From assembly GCA_963695555.1 (NCBI GenBank), contig CAVOGR010000001.1, positions 512,001 through 576,000 on the forward strand: a stretch of DNA of 64,000 nt, read 5' to 3'. The notes beneath the pieces were generated by a model. The model saw nothing but the letters and a program-made list of their open reading frames with translations. It did no database searches and had not been told where the DNA came from. Numbering within the stretch: the first letter of the stretch is position 1; the number at the start of each line of letters is the position of its first letter. A program made the position numbers and the translations under genes. The stretch comes from an uncultured Gemmatimonadales bacterium. Its GTDB lineage: Bacteria > Gemmatimonadota > Gemmatimonadetes > Gemmatimonadales > GWC2-71-9. Shown here piece after piece: positions 21,155-30,282 of the stretch.

Positions 21155-21541
21155 TCACTCTCCAATGTGCTGGCTGTATGCCTCGGAGTTGAGGAGGGCG
21201 TCGAGTTCGCTCAGCGCGCTCAGCCGGATGCGAACCATCCAGCCATCTCCGTACGGGTCCGCGTTGACGACCGCTGGGTCGGCATCGATCGCGCCGTTCA
21301 CCTCCGTGACCTCGCCAGATGCCGGGCTGAAGAGCTCCGACACCGCCTTCACCGCCTCGATCGTGCCGAAGACCTGCCCCTGGTCGAACTCCTCTCCCAC
21401 TTTGGGCAGGCTTACGAACACGATGTCACCCAATTCGCCCTGCGCGTAATCGGTGATCCCGATTTCGATCAGGTCGTCGTCGATCTTTCTGACGTACTCG
21501 TGCTCCTCGCTATAGAGGAGATCATCCGGCACGTTGGACAC
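21155..21541 (-). CDS. gcvH: Glycine cleavage system H protein
   Basis: GITDYAQGELGD, lipoyl-lysine motif IEAVKAVSE, NADPYGDGW; GTG start. Confidence 0.97.
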   Translation of the reverse strand: MSNVPDDLLYSEEHEYVRKIDDDLIEIGITDYAQGELGDIVFVSLPKVGEEFDQGQVFGTIEAVKAVSELFSPASGEVTEVNGAIDADPAVVNADPYGDGWMVRIRLSALSELDALLNSEAYSQHIGE

Positions 21542-21596
21542 GCGCGCTCCCGGTTTGGTTTTGCGGGGGAGAGAATACGTGGGAGCGAGGCCGAAA

Positions 21597-22208
21597 TCAA
21601 GCGCCCGCGTTCACTTTGGTGACGAGGGCGTCCCACACCTCCCGCACACGGCCCTCGAGGGCCTCGAGGGTCCCGGCGTTGTCAATCACGATGTCGCTCC
21701 GCCGCCGCTTCCGGTCGGCGGGATCCTGCGAGGCGATAAGACGATCCGCCTCGTGGGGGGTGAGGCGGCGAAACGCGACCAGGCGCCGGCGCCGGGTGGC
21801 CGGCGGAGCATCCACCAGAATGATGACGTCGAATTCGTCCTCCCATCCCGCCTCGAACAGGAGCGGGATGTCGCTCACCACGATCCGAGCCCCGCTGGCC
21901 TCGGCCTCGGCCAGCCGTTCACCGTGCAGTCGCTCGACGGCGGGATGGATGATCGCGTTGAGATCGGCCAGGGCGGCCGGATCACCCATGACCCGACGGC
22001 GCAGCCTGGCCCGGTCGAGCTGCCCGTTGGGCATCACCATCTCCGAGCCGAATTGGGTTGTGATGTCCCCGAGCAGGGGCGAGCCGGGCTGCTCGACTTC
22101 CCGCACCAATTGGTCCGCATCGATGATGATCGCGCCAAGCCCGCGCAGCTGATCGACCACGACGGACTTCCCGGCCGCCACGTTTCCGGTCAGGCCGACC
22201 TTCAGCAT
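21597..22208 (-). CDS. coaE: Dephospho-CoA kinase
   Basis: VGLTGNVAAGKS, IDAD, LDRARL, IIHPAV, DIPLLFE, IDN.GT. Confidence 0.95.
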   Translation of the reverse strand: MLKVGLTGNVAAGKSVVVDQLRGLGAIIIDADQLVREVEQPGSPLLGDITTQFGSEMVMPNGQLDRARLRRRVMGDPAALADLNAIIHPAVERLHGERLAEAEASGARIVVSDIPLLFEAGWEDEFDVIILVDAPPATRRRRLVAFRRLTPHEADRLIASQDPADRKRRRSDIVIDNAGTLEALEGRVREVWDALVTKVNAGA

Positions 22209-22217
22209 CCGGACCGG

Positions 22218-22823
22218 CTAGAGGAGGGCAGTCTGACTCTCGTCCCGGGCCGGCACCCGGTGGCAGTGCCGGCAGCGGGCTTCGTAGGCCTCTTGTCCGC
22301 CCACCATGATGGTGGGGGAGTTGTACGGCGCCGGCTTGCCGTCGATGAGCCGCTGGTTCCGGCACGCCAGGTCGCCGCAGACCACGCAAATGGCCTGGAG
22401 CTTATCGACGGTCTCGGCGATGGCCATGAGATGCCCCATGGCCCCGAAGGGCTCGCCGCGGAAGTCCGTGTCGGTGCCCGCCAGAATGACTCGCACCCCG
22501 CGGGACGCCAGGTCGGTCGCTACGGGCACGATTCCCATATCGAGAAACTGTGCCTCGTCAATGGCGACGAGCTGCGTCTCCGGTCGGACCAGACGCATGA
22601 TTTCCGATGACGTATCGACGGGGGTCGCTTCGAATTCCCGGCCGTCATGGCTGGTAACGCTGTACAGGCCGGCGTAGCGGGCGTCGAGATGGGATTTGAA
22701 GACCTGAACCGTCCGCCGCGCGATGATGGCCCGACGGACGCGCCGGATCAACTCCTCGCTCTTGCCGCTGAACATCACCCCGCTTACGACTTCGATCCAT
22801 CCGGGATGACTGCCGTGGTACAT
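22218..22823 (-). CDS. tdk: Thymidine kinase
   Basis: [24 protein letters not shown], Zn-binding CVVC and CRHCH; start MYHG at 22823. Confidence 0.96.
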   Translation of the reverse strand: MYHGSHPGWIEVVSGVMFSGKSEELIRRVRRAIIARRTVQVFKSHLDARYAGLYSVTSHDGREFEATPVDTSSEIMRLVRPETQLVAIDEAQFLDMGIVPVATDLASRGVRVILAGTDTDFRGEPFGAMGHLMAIAETVDKLQAICVVCGDLACRNQRLIDGKPAPYNSPTIMVGGQEAYEARCRHCHRVPARDESQTALL

Positions 22824-22997
22824 CGGTCGATTCTCCCCGCTCGAGCGCCGCGGGAGGTTAGCGCGTGACGAGCCGCCGGTCAAGCAGACGCTTGCCATGG
22901 GGCTGGCAACCTCGCGATATTGCTGGTGTGGCGCGGGTTTCCCGCTGCCGCAGCATTGCGATCCCATCGTGTCCGCTCGCCATCTCAAGGAGTTCTC

Positions 22998-23288
22998 ATG
23001 AACAAGACGGAAATGGTAGCAACAGTCGCGAAGAAGCTCGACACCTCGAAGGCGCACGCCAACGAGATCGTCGATACCTTCTTCGCCAAGAACGGTATCA
23101 TCACGTCGACGCTGAAGAAGGGTGGCAAGGTCCAGCTTCCGGGGTTTGGCAACTTCGAGACCCGCAAGCGCGCCTCCCGTCAGGGCCGGAACCCGCAAAC
23201 CGGCAAGACCATCACCATCAAGGCAGCGACCGTCCCAGCGTTCCGGGCCGGCAAGGCCCTGAAGCAGGCGGTCAACAAGGGTCGCTAG
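22998..23288 (+). CDS. hup: HU family nucleoid DNA-binding protein
   Basis: MNKTEMV...GFGNF...RQGRNPQTG...[19 protein letters not shown]. Confidence 0.96.
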   Translation: MNKTEMVATVAKKLDTSKAHANEIVDTFFAKNGIITSTLKKGGKVQLPGFGNFETRKRASRQGRNPQTGKTITIKAATVPAFRAGKALKQAVNKGR

Positions 23289-23325
23289 GGCCGATCTTCA
23301 CCATCGTCACCCTCTGTTGAGGGAT

Positions 23326-23351
23326 ACGGGCCACCCCGCTGGGTGGCCCGT
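23326..23351. terminator. Hairpin terminator between convergent HU and DbpA-domain genes
   Basis: ACGGGCCACCC-CGCT-GGGTGGCCCGT. Confidence 0.7.
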
Positions 23352-23358
23352 TGGCGTT

Positions 23359-24768
23359 TCAGCGGCGGCGACTCTGCGCGCGATCCAGGTGGGCGCTCAC
23401 CCGCTTGCGTCTGAGGAGCTTGCCATTCATCGCTGCGATGATCGCCTCGGCGTCACTGGCCGGAATCTCGACCAGCGCGTGGGTATCCTTGACTTCGATC
23501 CGGCCGACCACCTTCCGGTCGACCCCGATCTCCTTGGTGAGCACTGCAACCAGGTCGGCCACCGTGATCCCGTCCTTCCGGCCGGCGGACACGAACATCC
23601 GGGTCGTCGCCGGAACAGGCTCCGTGGCGGCGGCTGGTGCTGCCGCCTGTGCCTGCGGTGCCTCGCTCCAAAGGTGGTAGAGCGCCGCTGCCACCCGGAC
23701 AGAATCGAACCGATCGAACAACGGCGCGAGCGTGAGGACTGCCCCGTCGAGCGGCGTCCGAGCGATCAGGTCTGCGACCGAGGCGCGCCGGGCTGCCGCT
23801 TCGTCCCGGGCCGCCTCGAGCGCTCCGGGCAACCGCAGTGGCCGGTCCTCGACCCCGAGCGCTTCGACGTAGTGCCCCGCGATTGGCGGCACCAACAAGA
23901 CTCGGCTACCGGTTGCCGCCCACCCCCTGAGCCGGCGTGGCGTGGGCAAATCATAGGCGACCACGACCTCGGCCTCGGGAGGGTCGTCGTGGAACAGCGT
24001 CACCCCAGCCATCATCCCGGCCAGTGCCAGCCTTGCCTCCTCCCGGGCGGCTGACGTCGCGGTCCACACGGCACACCGGTCCGGATCCAGCAACGCCAGC
24101 GTGTCCCGAAGGGCTTCGCCCCTGCGATGCCACGGGACCGAGACGGTCCGGACGGGAGGAGGTGAGGGAACGGAGTCCTCGGGTCTCATCCCAACGGTGA
24201 GAGCCCGCCAGGCATGTCGCTCGATCACGGCCGCCGCTCGCTCCGGCGCGGCAGTGTAGATCAACCGCTGGCAGTCGCCTGAGACGTCAGCCATGAGATC
24301 CTGCAGGAGGGCATCGCCCTCCCAGACCTCGGGCCAGGCAAGCAGCAGGGTCTCGAGTTCGCTCGCTCGAAGCATCGAGCGCGCGAGGAGCTCGCGGGCG
24401 CGTGCGGGGGTTGTCAGGAGTATCGGGACGGGCTGGTCGCTCGGAATCCTGGTCCGCGGCGTGTCGGGAATGGCGAGGAAAGAGGATTCCGAGGTGGGAG
24501 CAAGCCGGGCCAGGAGCCAGGCCAGCTCTTCGAGCATAGTCGGGTGGGCGAGGACGAGCGACGTGGGCGTGGCCGCTTGGCGTCGCTCCGCGAGCAGGGC
24601 GAGAGCAGGGGCGGCATACGCTGCCGACGGCGGGGAAACCACGACCAAATTGTGCTTTCGCCTGATGGTCGGCACGGCATCACCTGCGAAGGCTTCTTCC
24701 AGCTGCCATCCGATCCGATCGAGCGCCGCGCGCTCCGATCCCGTTGGGATCGATTCCCTATCCGTCAT
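23359..24768 (-). CDS. Degenerate DEAD-box-like protein with C-terminal DbpA/CsdA RNA-binding domain
   Basis: C-terminal RMFVSAGRKDGITVADLV...VGRIEVKDTHALVEI matches the DbpA domain. Helicase-like layout (LVLAHPT, TTPAR, YDLP) but Walker A and DEAD motifs are replaced. Confidence 0.75.
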   Translation of the reverse strand: MTDRESIPTGSERAALDRIGWQLEEAFAGDAVPTIRRKHNLVVVSPPSAAYAAPALALLAERRQAATPTSLVLAHPTMLEELAWLLARLAPTSESSFLAIPDTPRTRIPSDQPVPILLTTPARARELLARSMLRASELETLLLAWPEVWEGDALLQDLMADVSGDCQRLIYTAAPERAAAVIERHAWRALTVGMRPEDSVPSPPPVRTVSVPWHRRGEALRDTLALLDPDRCAVWTATSAAREEARLALAGMMAGVTLFHDDPPEAEVVVAYDLPTPRRLRGWAATGSRVLLVPPIAGHYVEALGVEDRPLRLPGALEAARDEAAARRASVADLIARTPLDGAVLTLAPLFDRFDSVRVAAALYHLWSEAPQAQAAAPAAATEPVPATTRMFVSAGRKDGITVADLVAVLTKEIGVDRKVVGRIEVKDTHALVEIPASDAEAIIAAMNGKLLRRKRVSAHLDRAQSRRR

Positions 24769-24934
24769 GCTCCACCTCGGTTGTCAAAAAGCCGTAGTCG
24801 CGCGAGTGCGCGATGAAGCTACGTCAGTGCCCGCGCCGCCGCTACCTGGTCGCCTCTGTGATGGAGTTGACACTCCTCGCGCGACCGAGGAGGTTTCGAG
24901 CGCCAATTCTCCTTCACTCGGCCTCAATCGGCTC

Positions 24935-26149
24935 ATGCCCATGCCCGATCCGCTCTCGTCAAACCTCGCCTACATCACGGCCTCTCAGACGGTCGCCATC
25001 TCCAACGAGGCGACTCGCCGGAAGGCCGCGGGCGAAGACGTCTTCGATCTTTCGGTTGGCGAGCCGGATTTCGACACGCCGAGCGTCGTCGCGCAGGCCG
25101 GCGTTCAGGCCATCCAGCGTGGTATGACCCACTATCCCCCCAACGTCGGAATTCCCGAGCTGCGAGCGGCCGTGGCTCTGCACCTGTCCCGTCTGAGCGC
25201 GGGCCGTCCCATCAACGCTGATCATATCATCGTCAGCACCGGCTCGAAGCAGGCGCTCTTCAATGCGTGCTTTGCCCTCTTCGGCCCCAAGGACAAGGTC
25301 CTCATTCCGGCGCCGGCCTGGGTGTCCTTCCCCCAAATCGTGCGCCTGGCGCGGGCAGAGCCCGTGCTCGTTCCCGGCGACGTCGAGTGGGGTCTCAAGG
25401 TGAACGTGGCCGACTTGGACCGGCAGGCCGACGGCCTGACCCGTGGCCTGATTCTCAATTCACCCTGTAATCCAACCGGTTCGGTCTACACGTTGAGCGA
25501 GTTGCGCGCCATCGCCGAGTGGGCGCACCGCCGGAACATCTGGATCATTTCCGACGAGATCTACCGGCGGATACACTACGGGTCGGGTCCGGCGCCGTCG
25601 CTGTTGGATCTTCCCGACGAGCTGCTCGAACGAGTGGTGATTACCTATGGAGCGAGCAAGGCGCATGCAATGACGGGCTGGCGCATCGGCGTGGCGCTCG
25701 CGCCTCCGGACGTCATGCGTGCAATGGCGGCCATCCAGTCGCACACCACCACCGGTGCCAATCATCCGGCGCAGTGGGCCGCCGCGACCGCGTTTAGTGA
25801 TGAACGGGCCGACCAGGCCGTGGAGGCAATGGTGGTCCAGCTCGCGCGCCGACGTGAATCGCTCGTGACGCGTTTCCGGACAGAGGCACCGGGCGTCGAA
25901 TTCGTTGAGCCGCACGGCGCGTTCTATCTCTTCTTCCGAGTGGACGGTTTCGAGGGCCCGGTTCAGACTGGGCAGGCCTTCTGTGAGCGGCTGATGGAAG
26001 AGCACGGCGTGGCCCTGGTTCCTGGTGCCGCCTTTGGAGACGATCGGTGGGTGCGGCTGAGTTATGCCGTCTCGGATGTGGACCTGGAGGCCGCGCTCGA
26101 ACGCGTCATCCCGTTCATTCAGCATCTTGCAGGGTCACGTGGCACCTAA
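24935..26149 (+). CDS. PLP-dependent aminotransferase class I/II (aspartate aminotransferase-like)
   Basis: LSVGEPDF, NSPCNPTG, SDEIY, SKAHAMTGWRIG, VPGAAFG. Confidence 0.95.
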   Translation: MPMPDPLSSNLAYITASQTVAISNEATRRKAAGEDVFDLSVGEPDFDTPSVVAQAGVQAIQRGMTHYPPNVGIPELRAAVALHLSRLSAGRPINADHIIVSTGSKQALFNACFALFGPKDKVLIPAPAWVSFPQIVRLARAEPVLVPGDVEWGLKVNVADLDRQADGLTRGLILNSPCNPTGSVYTLSELRAIAEWAHRRNIWIISDEIYRRIHYGSGPAPSLLDLPDELLERVVITYGASKAHAMTGWRIGVALAPPDVMRAMAAIQSHTTTGANHPAQWAAATAFSDERADQAVEAMVVQLARRRESLVTRFRTEAPGVEFVEPHGAFYLFFRVDGFEGPVQTGQAFCERLMEEHGVALVPGAAFGDDRWVRLSYAVSDVDLEAALERVIPFIQHLAGSRGT

Positions 26150-27095
26150 TCGCACCGCAGTCCGAGTCAGGCGAGGGCAGAGCACGCTGCTTCGCCGCGC
26201 GATGGCCGAGCGCGGGTTGAGCCCGGCGACGTGGCTACCGGAGGCAAGCGAAGGCCGGGTTGTTGAGGCAACGATTCAGCCTGCGCGGCTCATCGAGGAC
26301 CCGGAGCTCAGAACTCACGCCGTGGGCTCGGCCCAGGCCTGGCCCGGGCTGGTGGCCTTCCTTGACGGCATCCAGCGCTACCACATCGTCGGATACCTCG
26401 GCAGCACGCCACTGGTGGAGGCCCGGGTCGCGGCGGCGGTTCGGGTGCGCCGTGACCGCCGCCTCACGACGGCAGGATGGGAGCAGGAGCGGCTGATGCT
26501 GGGTCGGCCCGACGTGCTGCGCGCGGTCGAGGACCTGCTCGAGGATGCGCGACCGGTCGTGCTGCCCGACGACGAGCCGGGACATCCTGTGGTGGACCTC
26601 GAGGCGGCCCGCCGCGCGATCGATCGGGAGCGGGGGGCCTTGGAACTCCGAGTGGGCGACGCCTATCGGCAACAGGATGAGGGGTGGTTGGTGGTAGACG
26701 GCTCGCTGGCCGAGAGCCCGCAGTGGGCGGCCGCAGCGCGCATGATCGGGGTCTCGAAGAGCCATGCAACGTTGCCCTTCGCGGGCCGGGACCAAGTGGT
26801 GTACCTGGAACTGCCATATGGGAACCGCTCGTCGGTGTTCGCGCCCCAGTCCCACGCAGTCGCTCCGGTATATTCCTGGGCCTTGAGGCTCTGGCCGTGG
26901 GAAGGCCGGGATCTGTTTCACGGGTTGATCCGGGTCGAGACCGCTCCAACCCGCGAGGCGTTGGACGCGGCCGATCAGATCGGTCGTTGGCTCGTGGCGG
27001 AGCGCGCACCGATCGGCACACCGGATCCACGATGGGATCGCTTGTTGTATGGCATTCACGATGTTGAGGTATATCTCAAGTCCCGTATGGTCTGA
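26139..27095 (+). CDS. nurA: NurA-like nuclease
   Basis: Acidic motifs AFLDG and VVDGSL, GVSKS, C-terminal LLYGIHDVE; immediately upstream of a HerA-like ATPase. Start at GTG 26139 or ATG 26202. Confidence 0.72.
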   Translation: MAPNRTAVRVRRGQSTLLRRAMAERGLSPATWLPEASEGRVVEATIQPARLIEDPELRTHAVGSAQAWPGLVAFLDGIQRYHIVGYLGSTPLVEARVAAAVRVRRDRRLTTAGWEQERLMLGRPDVLRAVEDLLEDARPVVLPDDEPGHPVVDLEAARRAIDRERGALELRVGDAYRQQDEGWLVVDGSLAESPQWAAAARMIGVSKSHATLPFAGRDQVVYLELPYGNRSSVFAPQSHAVAPVYSWALRLWPWEGRDLFHGLIRVETAPTREALDAADQIGRWLVAERAPIGTPDPRWDRLLYGIHDVEVYLKSRMV

Positions 27096-27106
27096 AAGAA
27101 GTACAA

Positions 27107-29056
27107 ATGTCACGAGAGCAGGATGAAGTGATTCCGGTCGGTCGCGTGGTGGCGACGGAACTCAAGCCGTCTACTCCGCATCAATTCTATTTCTGGACGG
27201 CGCGGCAATCGCCGGTCGGCATTGGGGCCATCGTGCGAGTTGCGACGGTCGAGCGATTGGTCTATGGCGTGGTGACCGATGGGTACGCGTATTCCGATCT
27301 CATGACACCGCTGGACGACGTCATCGGAGCCGACGGCGATCCCGCGGCGGTCGATGCCCACCCGACCGAGCGGGCCGAGATCCGACTGTACGCCGCCGCG
27401 GTCCTCCGCCAGGAGCCTGCCGAGCCGCTCCAACCCGTACCGATCGGCGACGTGTTCCTCGCCACCGACATCGACGTGATCGCCGCCCTCCGCATGGACG
27501 CCTACACGGAGGGAGAGCGGGCGACGAAGCTTCCGATCGGCGTGTACCACGCGGCGGGCCTGCGTGCTCCCGTGTATCTCGACGCCGACTTCCTGCTCGG
27601 CCCGGAAGCCGCGCATCTCAATATCTCCGGGGTGTCGGGCCTCGCGACCAAGACCAGTGCCGTGGAATTCCTGTTGACGAGCATCTTCCAGACCTTTCCG
27701 GCGCATAAGGGCAGCGTGGCCGCGGTGTGTTTCAACGTGAAGGGTCCGGACCTCTGTTTCCTCGATCAACCGGGCGAGCTGTCCGCCGAGGACTTGGAGC
27801 TCTACGCGAAGCTCGACCTCGAGGCGGAGTGCTTCCAGTCGGTGCGCTACTTCGCGCCCTATAAGGCCGATGGCGTCAACCTCAACACCCTCCGCACCAA
27901 CCGGGCCTTATCCGGCAACACGGAACCGTTGGTCTGGGGGCTCCGCGAGGTGCTGGACTTCGCCGAGGTGCTCCTCAATCGGGATGATATCGATGCCAAG
28001 GCGGACGCGTTCATCGATTTCCTGGCGGATCGCGTGGTCGGCAAGGAGTACGTCGACACCACCCTACGGCAAGAGCCGTTTCGGGTACAGACGTTTGCCG
28101 ACCTGAACGATTTCTTCCGCGCGATTTTCGATTACGCCGAAGCGCTTGGTCGTGGGGAAGTGTGGCGTACACACCACCTGGCGACGATCCGCAAAGTGCG
28201 CAATCGCCTCAGCAATATCAGCACACGATCAAAGGGCCTGGTGACCGATGACGGCGTGGTGAACGACCTCCCGTGGGGCGAATTCCAGGATCGCAGCGTG
28301 CTTTGCATCGATGTGGCAGGCCTCGACCCGTTAGCCCAGGACCTGGTCTTTGCCAGAGTGGTTTCCAAACTCAGGGAGCACTTGGAACGCCGCGATCTGG
28401 GCGTCGATCATATCATCGTCTTCGTCGACGAGTTGAACAAGTACGCGCCCGCGGATGGGCCGGACACCTACGTGCGGAGGATGCTCCTGGATTTGTCGGA
28501 GCGCGGCCGCTATCTGGGACTGGCCCTCTTCTCCGCGCAACAGTTCCGATCGCAAGTGCACCGCCGAGTGGTTGGCAACGCCGGCACGTCGATCTTCGGT
28601 CGGATGGACATGGACGAGTTGGCGACACCGGGGTACTCCACCGTCACGCCGGCCACCAAGAGCAAGCTCGCCACCATGCCCAAGGGCGAACTCATGGTCC
28701 GCCACCCCCATTTCACCCAGCCCATCTTCGTGCGCTTCCCCAGACCCGCCGTCATGACCGGCCGGGACGGGATCGAGCGGTTCCCGCCCGAGCAGGATCT
28801 GAGCTTGGCCGAAGCCGTCCGCCGGCAGCTCCAGGCACTGGACCGGCACCTGTCCGCGGCCGATCTGGCGGGGCTCATTGAGGGGCGGCGCGACGTCGAT
28901 GTCCGGCGGGCCGTCCACGCTACCCGGCAGGCCCGTCCCGAGAACGTGCTGGCCTTCTTCCGTTCCTGCTTGGGCCGGGCCGTACCGCTCGAGGTCGCAC
29001 CGCCTCAGAGGGGAATCCCCGCGGTCAAGCGCAGCTCGGATCCGTACGCGCCCTAA
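27107..29056 (+). CDS. herA: HerA-like DNA translocase/ATPase
   Basis: N-terminal HAS-barrel-like region, variant Walker A HLNISGVSGLATKTS, FNVKG, Walker B IVFVDELNKYAP, arginine-finger ERGRYLG, AQQ. Confidence 0.85.
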   Translation: MSREQDEVIPVGRVVATELKPSTPHQFYFWTARQSPVGIGAIVRVATVERLVYGVVTDGYAYSDLMTPLDDVIGADGDPAAVDAHPTERAEIRLYAAAVLRQEPAEPLQPVPIGDVFLATDIDVIAALRMDAYTEGERATKLPIGVYHAAGLRAPVYLDADFLLGPEAAHLNISGVSGLATKTSAVEFLLTSIFQTFPAHKGSVAAVCFNVKGPDLCFLDQPGELSAEDLELYAKLDLEAECFQSVRYFAPYKADGVNLNTLRTNRALSGNTEPLVWGLREVLDFAEVLLNRDDIDAKADAFIDFLADRVVGKEYVDTTLRQEPFRVQTFADLNDFFRAIFDYAEALGRGEVWRTHHLATIRKVRNRLSNISTRSKGLVTDDGVVNDLPWGEFQDRSVLCIDVAGLDPLAQDLVFARVVSKLREHLERRDLGVDHIIVFVDELNKYAPADGPDTYVRRMLLDLSERGRYLGLALFSAQQFRSQVHRRVVGNAGTSIFGRMDMDELATPGYSTVTPATKSKLATMPKGELMVRHPHFTQPIFVRFPRPAVMTGRDGIERFPPEQDLSLAEAVRRQLQALDRHLSAADLAGLIEGRRDVDVRRAVHATRQARPENVLAFFRSCLGRAVPLEVAPPQRGIPAVKRSSDPYAP

Positions 29057-29096
29057 TCGGCTTGCTTCGGGCGCCGGGACGCGCCATTCTCCCCTA

Positions 29097-30281
29097 GTGA
29101 AGATCGCTCATTTAGCCGACATCCACCTTGGATATCGGCAGTTCCATCGGCAGACTCCCGCCGGGATCAATCAACGCGAAACGGACGTCGCCAATGCCTT
29201 CCGTGCCGCGGTGGACGGCGTCATCCGGGCCCGCCCGGACGTCGTGATCATCGCCGGCGATCTGTTTCATTCCGTCCGTCCGAGTAATGCCGCGATCCTC
29301 TTCGCGTTTCATCAGTTCCAGCGTCTGCGCGAAACCTTGCCGGACGCGCCGGTGATTCTGGTGGGCGGCAATCACGACACGCCCCGGTCGGCCGAAACGG
29401 GTTCCATCCTCGAGCTCTACACCCAACTGGGCGTGCACGTGGCCGCCCAGCAGCCGCTGCGCCTTCACTTTGCCGAACTCGATCTCTCGGTCCTGGCGGT
29501 CTCGTATGAGGCGCTCATGGGTTCGGAGCGGCCGGTGTTGCGTCCCGACGGGAGTGCGCAGCATCAGGTCTTGGTCCTGCACCGCGAGATCGAGGGAGTA
29601 CTGCCGGTCAATCGCGCGAGCATGCTGCACGAGGCGGGCGCATTGCTCCGCCAGGAGGACATCGGGCCCAAGGAGTGGAGTTACGTCGCCCTGGGCCACT
29701 ATCACGTCCAGCATGAGGTTGCGGCGAACGAGTGGTATGCCGGAGCGCTGGAATACGTGACCATGAACCCGTGGGGCGAGCTCCGAGATGAGTCCGAGCG
29801 CGGCCTCCGCGGCAAAGGGTGGCTGTTGGTGGAGCTCGATGGCACTCGTGTCCGGGCCGAGCGCCAGCCGGTGCCCGGTGTCCGCCATCTCATCGATCTC
29901 GATCCGCTCGATGCGACCGGCCGGAGTGCCGAGCAGTTGAGCGCCGACATCGAGGCGCGTGTCCGGGCCCCCGCAGAGGGATTGGATGGCAACATCGTCC
30001 GGTTGGTCGTGCGAAACGTGCCGCGCCACGTCGCCCGTGAGCTGGATCATGCGGCGATCCGATCCTACAAGGCTGAGGCGTTGCACTTCCACCTCGACCT
30101 GCGTCGCCCGGAAGCGTCCCGGCGCGTGGGGGTGGGTGGCCCGGGGCGGCGGCAAACGCTGCCGGAGCAGGTGGAAGACTATCTCACCCGTCGTCCGCTG
30201 CCGGCTGAAATCGATCGGGCCGCCTTCGTCCGGGCCGGCCTGGACCTCATCGAAGCAACCGAACGCGAGCTCGCCGAGTAG
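29097..30281 (+). CDS. sbcD: Mre11/SbcD metallophosphoesterase nuclease
   Basis: HLADIHLG, AGDLFH, GNHD, ALGHYH; GTG start at 29097. Confidence 0.93.
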   Translation: MKIAHLADIHLGYRQFHRQTPAGINQRETDVANAFRAAVDGVIRARPDVVIIAGDLFHSVRPSNAAILFAFHQFQRLRETLPDAPVILVGGNHDTPRSAETGSILELYTQLGVHVAAQQPLRLHFAELDLSVLAVSYEALMGSERPVLRPDGSAQHQVLVLHREIEGVLPVNRASMLHEAGALLRQEDIGPKEWSYVALGHYHVQHEVAANEWYAGALEYVTMNPWGELRDESERGLRGKGWLLVELDGTRVRAERQPVPGVRHLIDLDPLDATGRSAEQLSADIEARVRAPAEGLDGNIVRLVVRNVPRHVARELDHAAIRSYKAEALHFHLDLRRPEASRRVGVGGPGRRQTLPEQVEDYLTRRPLPAEIDRAAFVRAGLDLIEATERELAE

Positions 30282-30282
30282 C

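Noticed and set aside
21542..21600. Glycine riboswitch upstream of gcvH
   Set aside because: The intergenic space is only about 55 nt and I could not fold a glycine aptamer in it.
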